A stretch of DNA of 61,503 bases, filler included, from Choristocarpus tenellus KU-1152 (lineage: Eukaryota; Protista; Phaeophyceae): assembly GCA_964200185.2 (NCBI GenBank). It is 10 parts of 10 records of this genome, joined end to end, with 100 filler letters (N's around TTAATTAATTAA, not from the genome) between each part and the next. Parts side by side here need not be neighbours in the genome. Positions count along the whole stretch, not along the records: positions 1 to 15,102 come from CAXNAD020001059.1; positions 15,203 to 20,423 come from CAXNAD020011455.1; positions 20,524 to 26,047 come from CAXNAD020010529.1; positions 26,148 to 31,813 come from CAXNAD020010086.1; 6 more parts are not named here. One strand, written 5' to 3'. This document shows, piece by piece, positions 13,105-26,287 of this stretch. Each line of letters begins with the position of its first letter. Position 1 is the stretch's first letter. Below the pieces are notes generated by a model. The model was not told the origin of the DNA. It saw only the letters and a list, made by a program, of their open reading frames with translations, and did no database searches. The translations under genes were made by a program, and so were the position numbers.

Positions 13105-14198
13105 TAAACAGGGTTGTAAGTCATCATACTATGCAAAATGATTAAGTTGGGATCACGTTTCTACCAAGAAGGCATGACAGAATGTAACATGAAGAGTGTG
13201 GTATCAACACGGGAGAAAGTCATCAATGGTGGGAGTCTAGCAGAAAATCATGACTCCTTACTTCCCAAAAGCACTGATTTTCAGTTTGCTCATCAAGTAC
13301 TCCATGATGCATGCATCTTGGTCAAGATTAACATGCAATGTGACTGACTACCGAGGTAAGGAGGGGGTGGGAGGTAAGACATTTTGAAGTTTATATTTTC
13401 TTATTTGTTAGTGACTAACTCTTGAGATGGTGCCAGTCGCCGTCTGGCATAGGAAGGGAGGGAGTTTCCAGCAAGGGAGGACGGTGTCCATCCCCTTTCC
13501 CATTCACTTGAGATCTTAGTTCAAATTTTAGTTTTTTATCATTTGACATATTTCGAGAGAAATACAAACCACACGTAACCCCCTCTCCGCCCCTCCTTCC
13601 CACCTACATTGCTCCTATAAGTCTTCCTCGTATACCTCAGGCACTGCCTCCTACCTTTCTTTTGCTATCAACATATATTCCATGCACATCTCCTTTACAA
13701 ACTCGTCTCCCCTCCGCTCTCCTCCAGACTCGAAGGGGGCATCAAACCCTGATCCTAAACAACCCCTGCCCCCAAAATACAGTTGTTGCTACAACTATAA
13801 CTCTCCCAAATGCCAAGTTGTTTTTGGAGTCCTATCGCTTCCTTACCTCGCCCCACTCGACCCCATCCTACCCCGCCTCTTGTTCTGTTTCTGATGCACT
13901 CGTTCCTCCTATTGAATGTAGGAGTTTTGACGGTTGTGTGAAGGTGTGGAAGATAGATACAGCGCAGGATGAGTTACTCTGTCAGTTGGTGTGCTCGAAG
14001 ATCAACTTCCACAAAGAGCTATCCAATACTGTCTTTCAACACCTTGGGAAACTCTTGTAGCATCAATCAATGTAACAAAATGGACGAAGGAGAATTGGAA
14101 AAATCTGCATTCCTGTTCTTCACTTGCAACAACCACAATGGGTCACAGTTCACCTTCCATGTAGAGGATCGGGTACTCCAGGCATCTCACATGCCAAG

Positions 14199-14450
14199 TG
14201 CTCCAGCAGCGCTAGGAGGAACGGCATAAGGGGGAGCTACTTGGACTGTGCTTGGAGGAAAAGAGGAGGATTGCTCCTCAAGCTAGCAGCTATGCTGTTC
14301 CAGCAGCATTAGGAAGAAAGAGGCAGGGGGAGGTTGCGCCTGGTGGGCTGTGTCAGGGGAGGGGACCCATGCCTTGGCAGGTAATGCTCACATATGTGTA
14401 ACTGTGAGGTTTGTACTCGACTCTGACTTTTCAATTGGTAGGAGGTAATT
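14199..14450 (+). repeat. Diverged dispersed repeat, copy 2
   Basis: Similar to 6986-7250. Confidence 0.7.
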
Positions 14451-15031
14451 TTAAATTTAAAAAGAAGGCATAACAGACCTGGACCTGTCATACACCATGA
14501 AACAAAACAAAGCACCTTCTGGATAATCATCCTCTCAATCAATAATATTTGTCAAAACAGTAGGACAAGAAGTAGATGGGAAGGGGGGGTGTCTGACAGT
14601 AGTTACAAATATCGACCACTTTGCCTCTAGCGACAACTATGACTTGGGGTGATATCCTGAATACGGTCACCCGCTTTTTGGTTTCTTTTTTTAGTACAGT
14701 TATCCTTTTTTGGTTTTGTACCTTTCTACTCTATCAAAGCCTTTTAAACTGCAGAAAGATCTCTTCTCAGGGTGGGATGGGGTACTCTTTGTGCTTCTTG
14801 CACATGTTTATGACACGTGAAAATAGTATCGAAATGAACCCCACTGTTTCAATTAGTAAGGCAAATGCAAAGGACCAGTCTGTGGGCTGGACAGGTTCGA
14901 ATATTTTCAGGCAAGCCCAGACCAGGTCCGTCGAGTACTAGGACCTGTCCGGCCGTGTTCACATATTTCCTGACATTTCCTGAGCAGAGCAGTCAGAAAT
15001 TGTTTCTGGGCGAGATTGTGGGCCATCCTCA

Positions 15032-15102
15032 GAGGTCAAAGTATCTGTGGGGGGGGGGGGGGTTGGGGGGGGGCGTCCGTTTCGGGCAAACAATTTTTTT
15101 TT
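15032..15102 (+). mobile_element. End of poly-G TIR element (family B) at a contig break
   Basis: GGTCAAAGTATCTG + poly-G + GCGTCCGTTTCGGG. Confidence 0.7.
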
Positions 15103-15202
15103 NNNNNNNNNNNNNNNNNNNNNNNNNNNNNNNNNNNNNNNNNNNNTTAATTAATTAANNNNNNNNNNNNNNNNNNNNNNNNNNNNNNNNNNNNNNNNNN
15201 NN
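15103..15202. other. Artificial contig linker
   Basis: 44 N + TTAATTAATTAA + 44 N; stops in all six frames. Confidence 0.99.
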
Positions 15203-16702
15203 ACGGTATAACGGTATATGGCATACGAGCAATACGGTATAATAACAGACAAACATGCTTTCCACAGAATACTCTATTAATATACCTGAGTCAGCACTAC
15301 AATCAAATACGGGAGGACCTTCACTGAAGGAACACGAATAGGTTGAAGGGTTACATAGAATATAACTCATGATTGACAATGAGATACATCAACTACTTGT
15401 GAATGGAGGTTGGAATGCACATCATCCATGTTGGACTCAGAACTGATTGAACAGATATATTCAAGCAGGTTGTGGACTGTTTAGACGAATAGGATCGAAA
15501 TCATGGAGAAACTCCTGGATGTGTGTTATCCATTCTACACGTCCAGCCTCTCTCCCTGTATATAATACATATGTCATTGACGTGATGATGTTGACAAACG
15601 TGACGGTGCTTCGTAGTCGTAGGAGTTGTATTTACAGTAGTAATAGTAGTCCTTACAACATTCGATTTTTCCTCAACACACACACACACACACATATATG
15701 TGGAAAATGTCAGAGAAGCCATAAAAATACATTCATGTCTATGTCACCACTCTTCTAATCAATTGAAAAGAGTATAGTTCTCAACTCCTAAATATTTCAA
15801 TCGTTTGGATAGTTAAATTATCCCAGATTTTTTCTCAGAGAACTTCAATGCAATACTGAATTTTACATATTATTCATAATAACCTCAAGAATGATAGTAT
15901 CTGTTACTAGCCCAGGAATTTTTTTCTTCAATAGGGTCGATGGAAGTCGTCGAGATTGTGAACTGGATTGAGACTTGGACCAGGCTGGCTGAGTAAAGTA
16001 ATGTATAATATAGCAGTAGTATAGGGTTGGGACCATGGTCGTTGAGATTATTCACCACACCAAGTCACTGTGACCAGACTGACCAGGTATTGTCCCAAGT
16101 CCAACCATATAGTAGTCTGGATAACTGCCAGTCCAGTTTTCGATATATCGTTGTAACAAACCTATCACTGTTATTGTAGAGTAGATAAGATAGATCCACA
16201 CTCACTATAAACTTGGAACAGAAGTGGATATAAATAGTGGATATTTGGTAAACAATCGGTCCGCGTTTTGTTCTTTTCATCTCAAGTTTATTTAAACTGA
16301 CAACCTCAAACACCAACAAAGCACAACAATCTCCACCACAACTAACTACAACAGTAGGATAGGAAAGTGCGTTTAACCTAGAATGATGATTACTTTTCAC
16401 TGAGTTGCTTCTTTAGGGAGCATGTAAAGTGAGAGGTTATGATCTTAGGGTACAAGACACATATTCTCCTTACTATGCTTCTTTTCACTCTGTAGATATC
16501 TCCACCTAACCTCTTTCTCAAGACGACCTTTGCTGGGGGTTTCATTCGGTCGTAGTCTATCACGGATCATCTTTATCTTTTCGTCTAGATCGAAGGGGTA
16601 TTTGGTAGGGCGATATCCAAGAGAAGTTTTCAATCCTTGCAAACAGCGTCTATTTCTTGTTCGTTGCTATTCCCTGGGATCATTGCAAAGTTGGACTTAT
16701 GC

Positions 16703-17855
16703 ATGGAGCCTCGAATGGGAGGAGAAGAGTCTATTGATCCAACAGAAGGCAATGGGGCTAGTTGGGGCACCGGTGCGGGTGAGCTGAAAAGCACCCCGCA
16801 AGGGAACAAAAGCGGAGATGAGTTTGAGGGAAAGCCTTCGCATGCTGGTGAGGGTTGCTCTAAACCCCGGAACCCTAACCATCAGAACCACTTTTGGCAT
16901 CCGACGCTTGACCGCTTGTCACGATCAAGGGCAGTGGAGGAGAAAGGTCAAAGTGTGGGAGGAGGGGAGATAAACGGTGAAGTGAGGGAGTTGACAACGA
17001 AGAAGATCGTTGGGAGACCTGATGTGGGGGAATTCGTGTGCAACGAGTGTGGTAGGGAGATGAGAAATCTGCCTGAGCTGCAGCTTCATATGACGAGGAA
17101 GACCGCCTGGTCCAATCAGGGTCTGATCGGCTGTCGCGTGAGCTGCCTTGTGGACAATCGAGAATGGCATGAGGGTCTAGTTACACAGGTGACAATAGGT
17201 GTAGAGGTAGCACCAATGACAACCATGTTCATGTTCAACTTTCACACGGACAGAATTTGTTGTACATATGTGGCCGAGGTTCACGACCAGTGCTTCTAGT
17301 ACTGGTGTGTGGGCAATCATGCAATTTCGTGTGGAGCTGATAGTCAAGCTAGGTTATTGAAGTGTGGAGAAGTTTATGGTGGGTCAGGGAGTCCACTTTT
17401 GAGGAGGTTGGGATTACGTTTTCGGTCAGCTTTCTAGCTGAAGGACACCGATAGCAACGATATGCGAAACAAGAGAGCTCTTATGAGTGAAGTGTACCAG
17501 GAGTGTGTGTTGTAGTGGATGGTGTCACAGAAGCTCTATATAATATATTTAAAATCAATTTTGCAATTGAAGATTGCATATCTAAGTTCATTATTGTTCA
17601 CCTCGATCAAGGTCAATGTGTCCATTGAAACATTGAACGCCCTTTCCGTTTTCGATATCCATCTATGTCCCCCTGCCCTTGTTGGTCTAGTTCCACAAGT
17701 CTGGAAAGCACTGCGTAGAGTACCGCAACACAGGTGAGAAGCGGTGGGTAAACATGCTTCGTACTGCCTTCTACATTGTGGAGAGGGGAAAACCTGTTGG
17801 GGGAGAGTGCAAGGAGCCAGAGAATGACTGCACACAGGGATTGGCGCCTATTGAG
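16703..17855 (+). CDS. Partial spliced gene: zinc-finger (C2H2-like) plus Tudor-like domain protein; exons 16703-17188 and 17691-17855
   Basis: FVCNECGREMRNLPELQLHM, then LIGCRVSCLVDNREWHEGLVTQ|FHKSGKHCVEYRNTGEKRWVNM joined in frame across a GT..AG intron. 3' exons not found. Confidence 0.78.
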
Positions 17856-18684
17856 GTAAACGATGGAGTGTAAGAGGGGAGGGGAAGGGCAGGGAGGTTG
17901 ACAAGAGAATTTTAATCAATAGGAGGTGAGCATTTCATATGTGGTACGGTTTTTAACTGAGTGCTATTCACAATGAGTGTTGTCCAATCCCTTCACTCTC
18001 ACTGTTCTTCCAGCTCTGCCCCCTTTAGCATTTTCGATGTTGTAGTGTTTTTTTTTTTTTTTCTATCTCTGCTCTTCTAATTTCATTAATGGTCATTTCA
18101 ACATCTGGATAACATCTTTCTTGAGGAATGTTCTTGAGGAATGTTCTTGAGGAATGTTCTTGCTGTGCGGTTGTTATTCTCGTTGTAAACGGGGTCTCTC
18201 TTTGTGTACACAGTATGCCGTGAGCTTGACCCTTCGAGTAGATTATTTGCCCCTCGATGATCATACTTGTGTGGGTAGGGCGCCTGCTCGAGAGGTGACT
18301 GACAAAACTAGAGACTGCGGTTGGCTCGCCTTCCACATGGAATTTGGTACGTCATCACTAGAGGGGTCACAGTATCAGACACACCAACACAAACAACATT
18401 CAATATAGTAGGGTGGAGAGATTGAAGTTGAGAGATCGTCCGCTCTTGAGTGCTTAGACTTTCCTCGCGATGCCAACTCTAAAATGTACCGTATGAGGTT
18501 GCTAGTATTTGTAATGCTGTGACACGAATGTCGATGTGGTCTGCCATGGCGTTGAAGAAAAGAAACCATCATCGCAGTTTGTAGACTGTAGAGGATGTTT
18601 TTTTTGAAATGCGTGTATGTATTGCGCACCTTGACACTCGAACACGTGCGTTTGCCTACCGAGTCAAGAAGCACAATGCGATAG

Positions 18685-18686
<2 letters not shown>

Positions 18687-18724
<38 letters not shown>
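18687..18724. repeat. (GT)n microsatellite
   Basis: Direct observation. Confidence 0.95.
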
Positions 18725-18733
<9 letters not shown>

Positions 18734-19327
18734 CTTTTGGCTGTCTGGCGATCGTAAAAAAAAGTGAAAGGGCTTGTTCTTTCAAATGTGTATTTTAATG
18801 TCAAGGGAGATGAACACGTTTGAAAAGAAAAGGGTGTCTGTAAGGATCAGTTCTTCCCACAAAACTTGTCGAGTGTATTGACAAGACGGCCAGAGTACGG
18901 TCCACACCTGCGGACTGTGTGCTCCAGATAATCAAGAGGGGTCGTTAGAACTCAGCAGCACCCCCCCCTTTCGGTTGCTTTGGCTCACAACTGTTGAAAT
19001 ACAGCAGCTGATCTCTGCTGCAATCCACGGTCTGCTCGCCACCCAGTGTGGAGGGTCAAGCACACATGGGTTTTTATGTATAACCGGAGGCGTTACTAGC
19101 GAGGGTGCACTCTTTTGCCAGGTGCCTGTCATCTTAGTTCCGTAAGAGCATACATGCACACACGCACACACGCACGCAAATATGTGCTCTCACAGAGGAC
19201 TGATTACTAATCGATCTCCTCTTTCTGCTTCCAGTGAGGGGTCGTGCTGGATTTTTTTTTTGTGTGCTGTTTGTTATTATTATTATTATTATTATTTTTG
19301 TATCACTGTTACAATCGTTTGTTCCTT

Positions 19328-19507
19328 GCCTCAAAGTACCTGGGGGAGGGGGGTCTACACCAGGGCGTCCATTCGGGCCCTGACCTGGAGAAGTGCACTT
19401 GCGTTATCCATCCAACGCATGCAACAAAATCACCCAAAAAATGCGACATGGAAAAATGGGCCCCAAATGGACAGCCACCCCCCACCCGCCCCCAGATACT
19501 TTAGGGA
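19328..19507 (+). mobile_element. Complete ~180-bp family B MITE
   Basis: AAAGTACCTGGGGG ... CCCCCAGATACTTT inverted ends; subterminal GTCCATTCGGG / CCCAAATGGAC motifs shared with family A. TSD unclear. Confidence 0.75.
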
Positions 19508-20423
19508 GCCCCTTTCTTTTTCCTTTTTTTTGTTCCTTGATGAAGTTAATGTGTAGGTACTATTGATTAAAGAGTGCTCTCGTGTAATGAATGCGCAGAC
19601 ATTTTTCCTCTCACACTCAGCTACACCTTACCTTGCTGACAAAAATAATGTAACATTAATTAGAATGGGGATTTTCAAGAAAGTAAGAACTCTTCAATTT
19701 TTTTGATATTTGAACGGGCGGTGCTTTTCTTCAGTGGAAAACCCAAGCCAAACCCTAACACTCTTCTTGAAGGTGCGCTCTCACTCAACCCTAGCCTCAA
19801 TCCTGACCCTGAACCTATAAGGGCTGTTCACTTTTTTTTTTTGATGTATTGGGATTTTTTTTTCAAAAGCTTTTTTTTTCACTATATTTTTTCTAAGACC
19901 CAATTCCTACATCTCGTTCCGATGAAATATTGGAAAATAAAAAAAAGGTTCCGATTTTGAAAAAATCTTTGTGATTTATAAAAAAAAAATGAAATGACAA
20001 AACCTTGACTTCTAGTCGTGATGTAGCTGACGAAGACAGAAGAAAGTAGCGTAATACCTGGAATGGTATAAACTTTAGGGTTAGACATCGTAAAAAGAGG
20101 CACAACGCTTGTTCAACTTGGAGAAGACGTGGACGCTCAAGTCCTTAACATAAAAAAAAATATTTATTTTAATTACCTTTTTTATTTATTTTTTAAGTTT
20201 TCTTCTGACCTTGTGACCTTTTGTGTGTGTGTGTGTGTGTGGGGAACTCGATGACTATATGATTTGATTCGGCTACTGCTTTATACCTCTTTTGTTCATA
20301 GCATCAGTTTGAAACGGTTGACATGGCCGGGGGATGGGGGGGGGGGGGGGGGGGGAGAGGGGAAGAGGGGGGGTGAGGGAAAGAGGTGGAATTTTTGGGC
20401 CGCGGGGTACTTAAAAAAAAACA

Positions 20424-20523
20424 NNNNNNNNNNNNNNNNNNNNNNNNNNNNNNNNNNNNNNNNNNNNTTAATTAATTAANNNNNNNNNNNNNNNNNNNNN
20501 NNNNNNNNNNNNNNNNNNNNNNN
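20424..20523. other. Artificial contig linker
   Basis: N44-TTAATTAATTAA-N44. Confidence 0.99.
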
Positions 20524-20557
20524 AGCTGTCACCCCCCCCCCCCATATACTTTGAGCC
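20524..20557 (-). mobile_element. Family B end at contig start
   Basis: poly-C + ATATACTTTGAGCC. Confidence 0.6.
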
Positions 20558-20728
20558 TACAGAGGGAAAAACAAGTATTTTTTTTCATCAACCACGACCC
20601 ATCCAACGCATATATACTATTGTGTTCTCTAATGCATACGGCTTCTTGGTTACAACTTCTGCTATCCTAAGTTCCCTATATTGACTATGACTATCGATAC
20701 CCTGTTTTCTTGTTCTGGCATGCAGTTG

Positions 20729-20968
20729 TTATCTACTGAGAGATCCTTGGGAGAACCGACTCAATTCTCTCCTATTGAGTTCCTCCGAATCTCCATCCTC
20801 AAACCGTACCCTCCAGTATGGTGACTTGAATTCAACAACTGTACCTGCGTACCACCTATCTCTTCCTCGTTCGTCTGTCCACGGCTTCTCGACACTGTTA
20901 CCGATGGGGAAGAGATATAACGCATCCCCCAGCTTCTCTTCTGATTCGACGATGACAGGGTTGATCAC
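20729..20968 (-). pseudogene. Isolated Tudor-like domain coding segment (orphan exon or retroelement C-terminal remnant)
   Basis: FPIGNSVEKPW...WYAGTVVEFKSPYWRVRFEDGDSEELNRREL fits the Tudor-like pattern W.G.V......Y.V.(F/Y).DGD.EE; no ATG-led context found. Confidence 0.6.
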
Positions 20969-21161
20969 ACATCTTGACCAACTTGTGCTTCTGCAGACTT
21001 GTCAACGGAGTGAGTTAGGGAAAACTTGATTGTTATGTGAGAGTGTTGTTTTCTACGGGGTGCATGAGGCGTAGATAGTGCAGATAGATATTTGGTACAA
21101 TGTGGTAGTGTATTTGAGTGTATTGTGAGGTTCTCTATCTGTGCAGGCGTTTCATGATAGT

Positions 21162-21418
21162 GAGATAAAGTATCTTAGAGGGTAGACCCGCATCCATTTG
21201 GGGTCAAAATCCAATGTTGCGATTCTGATGTAATTTTGGATATCGTGTTTGTTAGGAAGTGTCAATATCCTTGTTCCAGACCCACCTTCTCATAACGTGT
21301 ACATTTTACCCATTCCGAAGTATTTTGGAGTAGGAAAGTGTCATAAAACAACCGTGGGAAGTCCAGCCCCAAACGGACAAACAGGGAAAAACTCGTACCC
21401 TCTAAGATACTTTCACTC
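21162..21418 (+). mobile_element. MITE family A copy 5
   Basis: TIRs present; only AGT is shared by the flanks. Confidence 0.9.
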
Positions 21419-21955
21419 AGTAGTGTTTATTTCCCTGTATACATTGTGTTATCTTCCTTGCCATGATTTGTCTCTGATCTCTCTCTCTCTCTGTTGTCAT
21501 GTGCACTACGTTTCTGATTTTTTTTTTGGGATCGATGAACTTGATAATAGTATAGGGAATGCAGCTTTGTATGGGACTAGTTCATATCTTTGGGAAGGCG
21601 TGTGAGTATAGGGCTGGTATACACCTCAGGAGTGTTGCATATCACACGTCCGTTTGACACGTTTGGTGGATACATGATGGATTCCAGAGCTTAAGCCTTT
21701 TGTTTGAGTGTAATTGTAATTGGGAATTGTTGGCGACAAGAGCAAAATATAATTTGAAGTAATGAATTTGTTTGTATTTGATTTTGTGTTTGTATGAATG
21801 GACAAGACAGTTCAGTTCATGTGATATTTTCAACTTGTGACTGAAAATCTTACGCCTATGCTTGACTGGGAGATTTAGATGGCTAGCTTCAGTGCTATTC
21901 TCTCCCATGTTTTCTTCATATTGACCAAAAATCATGACCCACTTGATGTTGTCAG

Positions 21956-22106
21956 AGAGGAGAATCCTCAAGGGGGCGATGGAAGGGACGGGTGGATTCC
22001 ACCACAGACCATGACCCTAGTAATCATTGGAATATACTTTGGGGCAGGGTTCTTGATGGTGATGGTTGCAATAGCTTCAGTGCTCGTAAAGAGAAAAATA
22101 TTCTGA
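21956..22106 (+). CDS. Probable terminal exon of a membrane-anchored protein
   Basis: gtcag acceptor, then TLVIIGIYFGAGFLMVMVAIASVLV (hydrophobic) + KRKIF-stop. Upstream exons not identified. Confidence 0.45.
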
Positions 22107-24490
22107 TTAACTGGGGAGTCGACATGAAGGTGAGGGGTTAGAGGAGATTGAGGCAAAGAAGGGCTGTTATTATCAAGGAAGAATCTTAGACTTGTGTAAA
22201 TGAACGTATCATTAGATTGGCTTCTTCATTTTTGCACTTCCAAAACATTTTGGAACAGGATGCTGCTCTATCGTGAGGAGGCTCATGTTAATTTTTTTAA
22301 AAGAATATATTATAACTGGCCCTATTAAGGAGCAAGAGATTGAGGAAAGGTGATTACTTTGTCACTACCAATCTATGTACTTTACTATACTACTGTATTT
22401 GTGAAGACCTACAAGTAGTGTGGTTTTTTATATTTGACAATTGTATTTTTTTTTTTTACTTTTTTTTTATGGTACTGAAGAATCTTACTAGAGTTTTGAA
22501 CTGGGACTGATTTTAAGGCCTATTCTAATCACATCAATCACTATTAAAACTGATACCGAATATTTCTCAACTGATTGTTGTATTATTCTGTGTGAAATCT
22601 ACGTGTGTCATCCGTAAACGCCTCTGATTATTTTTGCTTTGTGTATATGATGACACAAGCGTACACATATACAATGTTAGCCTCATCAATTTTCTGGCTC
22701 TGGCGGGGGCCCTCACCAGCCAAGAGGACTATCTTCTGTTATAGCTGAGGTGCTTGCCATCCACTTGCCACGACCAAGATCATCAATTGCTGTTAACAGT
22801 TCTACAGTAACAGCAACATAAAATAATAATATGTTTATCTTTGTTATTACCAATTGTATATTACATGGAGGTGACAAAAAATATCCTATGTTCTGAGTAG
22901 AAATATATAGTATAAATATGTATTGACTACCGTAGAGAAGAGTTTGAACTCGAAGAAAAATATATGTAGACAATAGTAAGGTAAGCCCGAAATCCAGAGG
23001 TAGCTGTCGCTTTAGCATTGATTATTGACTGCTAAAGGAATGAGGTTACCCGGTGTTTGTTCTAGATCATGTGAATTCTTCATGTATTGTACCTGATACA
23101 AGTGCGAAGTGGGCCTAATATGCAGCCTCCTTAAAATCCCTTCTGAGGATCGACATCTATCTGATGAAAATATTACTTCTTGTTTGGAAGTTAATATATT
23201 CTGTACTGTACTCTGAATGATGGGGTCGTTTCTGTCACGAATCTCAGGGTTTCTCTGCTATCTCTCAGTACATCATATATTTACGCTTCGTTGCCACTGT
23301 GCGCACGTAATTGTCTGTGACTTCCACTATTGTCATTGAGAAAGTTTACTTCATAATACTAGATAATTGTACACAAACAATACGTCTATGAATTTGATCT
23401 GTATTGAGTTGAAGGAGATTATTCTCTCGTCTCTAAGAAGCAAAAGGAGAAAATGAATGCTAAAATGTAAAACAAGTACATGGATTTGACGCCCAGAAAA
23501 CAGCAGGGGCCTTTGAGAAACCGAGCGTCCCAACATCAACAGCAACCGTAGTAATGGTGCCCCTCAACTAATATATTGAAGGAGCTCTGATACAGATAAA
23601 AGTTTTGGTGGTTGGCACTTTCAAAAAGTCAGAAATCCCCAGGGTTGAGTTTCTTCCTCAGAGATGCAAGTGGTAGATGGTTGGACATAGTCTGCAAGAA
23701 GAGAATGGCATGGATAATGGAGATGGAAAGGGAGAGAGAGGAATCCTCAATTCAGTGATACAATGACTACCAAGGAGAGAGGTGCACGGATAAGAACAAG
23801 ATAGGTGTCAAACATGTCACTCATCCATAGATAAACCAAATTTTACCTTAGTGTTCCTGGTGGTTTCTTAGATGTGACGCTTGGCTTGCTGTTGTTTTGT
23901 ACATCCAGGTTTCGAGCTGTTTTATCCATGGAGGCTAGTTTGATGTGGTGCTGGCATTATATTTTTTCTTTGGTTGACAATGAATTGATGGGGGGGAGTG
24001 GAAAAAATCAATTCCGTTTACCTATCTTTAGTGGAGAGAAGATGTGCAGGTGACACAATTGACAGCTTGAAGATAGATGAGACAAGTTTATGCTGGAGTT
24101 GGAAGGATTGGACAGGTGGAGTAAAGTACGTGAGAATCAGTCAATACAGTAGTTCATAGAGTCGCAGCCAGCTAACAACTCACTTCCATCCAATATGACT
24201 ATTACGGCATGGAAATGTGGATAGTTCCTGACTCATCAAGTCACAATAACAGCATCACACCATCAGGAGCAGTTCCAGTATCACTTGTCCACATGGATAA
24301 ATTTTGAACACCAGGGTCCTAAAGGGTTGAGCTCTTACGAAACTTGGGGCTATTTGTTCGGTGTATCAAATCTACCAGCTCTTCGCGTTTTGAAATCTCT
24401 CGCACCACCAAAACACAACAATCCAATTCAACGTATATTTTCTATGTGGTGAGGCGAGGTCTCATTCCATCCAAGTACAAGTGCATCAAT

Positions 24491-24749
24491 GAGCCAAAGT
24501 ATCTTAGAGGGTAGAGCCGCGTCCATTTGGGGGCTAAAGTCGGATGTTGCGATTATGATATAATTTTGGCTATCGCGTTTGTTAGGAAGTGTCAATATCC
24601 ATGTTCCTGACACACCTTTTCCTAACATGCACGCTTTACCAACTCCTAAACATTTTGGAGTAGGAAAATGTCACTAAAGAACTCATGAGAAGCCAAGCCC
24701 CAAATGGACAAACAAGGCAAAACTCGTACCCTCTAAGATACTTTCACTC
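24491..24749 (+). mobile_element. MITE family A copy 6
   Basis: Near-perfect TIRs; TSD CAAT/CAAT. Confidence 0.93.
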
Positions 24750-25788
24750 CAATGCAACAAAAATATTTGATGCCTTTATCGACAACTAATCTTATGCATG
24801 TCTGACATTTTAGTCGAAGAGTAATATAGTAGGGGGAAGATGTGATGGCAATGACGCCTCTCGCCCACTCATTATTGTCTGCTTCGACTTGGAGTTTTCA
24901 AATTCACTCAAGTTTCGGGGTAACGAACGAATGAAGGTCGGTTGGGTCGAACGCGGCGTCCAACTTCAACCTTATCGAGGAGTCCAAAAAAGGAGGTCAG
25001 GGGGGAGTAAGTCTAAGTCATGCGATGAAATCCCATGACCGAATAAGTTGTTGATAAATCATGTTCTCTGGATGCTCTACCCACCACACTCGTTTGTTGG
25101 AACTACTGACGCTTCCCCTGTTCATAGTGCTTGAAAGTATGTGATGCGTGGTTGGGTGTCTACGAATTCCGTACCACTACGATGTGATCTCACCGCATCC
25201 TCCGAGATCTCTGTATTTTGGCCAAATTACCCAACCCCATGTTCAAATATGCGATTTGGATCAGGAGTTTCTGAACCATCGGCCCCTAATACTATGTGAG
25301 GTTTGTCTCAAGAAGAAACCGTCAAGAAACTTCGATGTATATTGTATTTCCAAGTGATTCCGCGATACCGTGCGTTGGAAGCATGGGGACATATTTCCAT
25401 GGAGGTACTTTCCTTTCATGTTTTTATTATTATACCCTCCAAGGATACAATGAAGTCTGTGGTGGAGATGGATATGCCGGAAGCCTCCATACCCTCCCTC
25501 GGATTCCAGTCCTTCGATGAGAACGTAGGTAAGGTGGTCCCCCATGTATAAGCAGTAGATGCACCTTGATCATTCTTGATAACGCGGAAGAGCAGGACTG
25601 TGTACGCAAATGTCGGATAGCTGTCAGTCCGGATGTATAGGTGTGGCCACAAAATAGGGGAAACACACTCCAATCTTGCAATCAAGTCTATGGTGACAGG
25701 TATCTCTGAACGTGCAACCTAGTTCACGGAAGAGAAAGCAAAACGTCTCATGCACTGTCAGCTATGTCACAGCCAGATGGTGACCTGA

Positions 25789-25993
25789 TCCGATCAACAC
25801 TATGCCGCCAACTCAACGAAATTTCCCTGAAATGCTTCAATGCAGACAAGCTATTGTAAGATCCGATCCGACCAACACTATGCTAACTCCATGGAATTTC
25901 TCTGCAGTGCTTCAATGCAGAGGAGCTGTTGCAAAACATTCAGCAGAGTCTTCTTGTCTGTATTGAAGCATTCAAGCAAAATTCCATGGAGTT
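25789..25993. repeat. Small direct-plus-inverted repeat structure
   Basis: ~75-bp unit duplicated (tccgatc/ccaacactatgc...tgcttcaatgcaga), followed by an inverted partial copy (tctgtattgaagca...aattccatggagtt). Confidence 0.75.
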
Positions 25994-25995
25994 TA

Positions 25996-26047
25996 GGGTC
26001 AAAGTATCTGGGAGGGGGGGGTGGTTTGTGAGGGGGCGTCCGTTTCG
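25996..26047 (+). mobile_element. Family B end at contig break
   Basis: GGGTCAAAGTATCTGGGAGGGGGGG...GCGTCCGTTTCG. Confidence 0.72.
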
Positions 26048-26147
26048 NNNNNNNNNNNNNNNNNNNNNNNNNNNNNNNNNNNNNNNNNNNNTTAATTAAT
26101 TAANNNNNNNNNNNNNNNNNNNNNNNNNNNNNNNNNNNNNNNNNNNN
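26048..26147. other. Artificial contig linker
   Basis: N44-TTAATTAATTAA-N44. Confidence 0.99.
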
Positions 26148-26216
26148 AAATGAAAAACGAAAAAAGGGGGAAAAACGGATGCCGACCCTCCCCCCCCCCC
26201 CCAGATAATTTGACCC
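26148..26216 (-). mobile_element. Family B end at contig start
   Basis: AAACGGATGCC..poly-C..AGATAATTTGACCC. Confidence 0.68.
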
Positions 26217-26252
26217 CTAAATCATCACCACACACTGCCAACACTGCAGAGA

Positions 26253-26287
<35 letters not shown>

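Noticed and set aside
22715-23960. Possible minus-strand multi-exon gene
   Set aside because: Some splice-like signals are present, but I could not build a phase-consistent, stop-free model.
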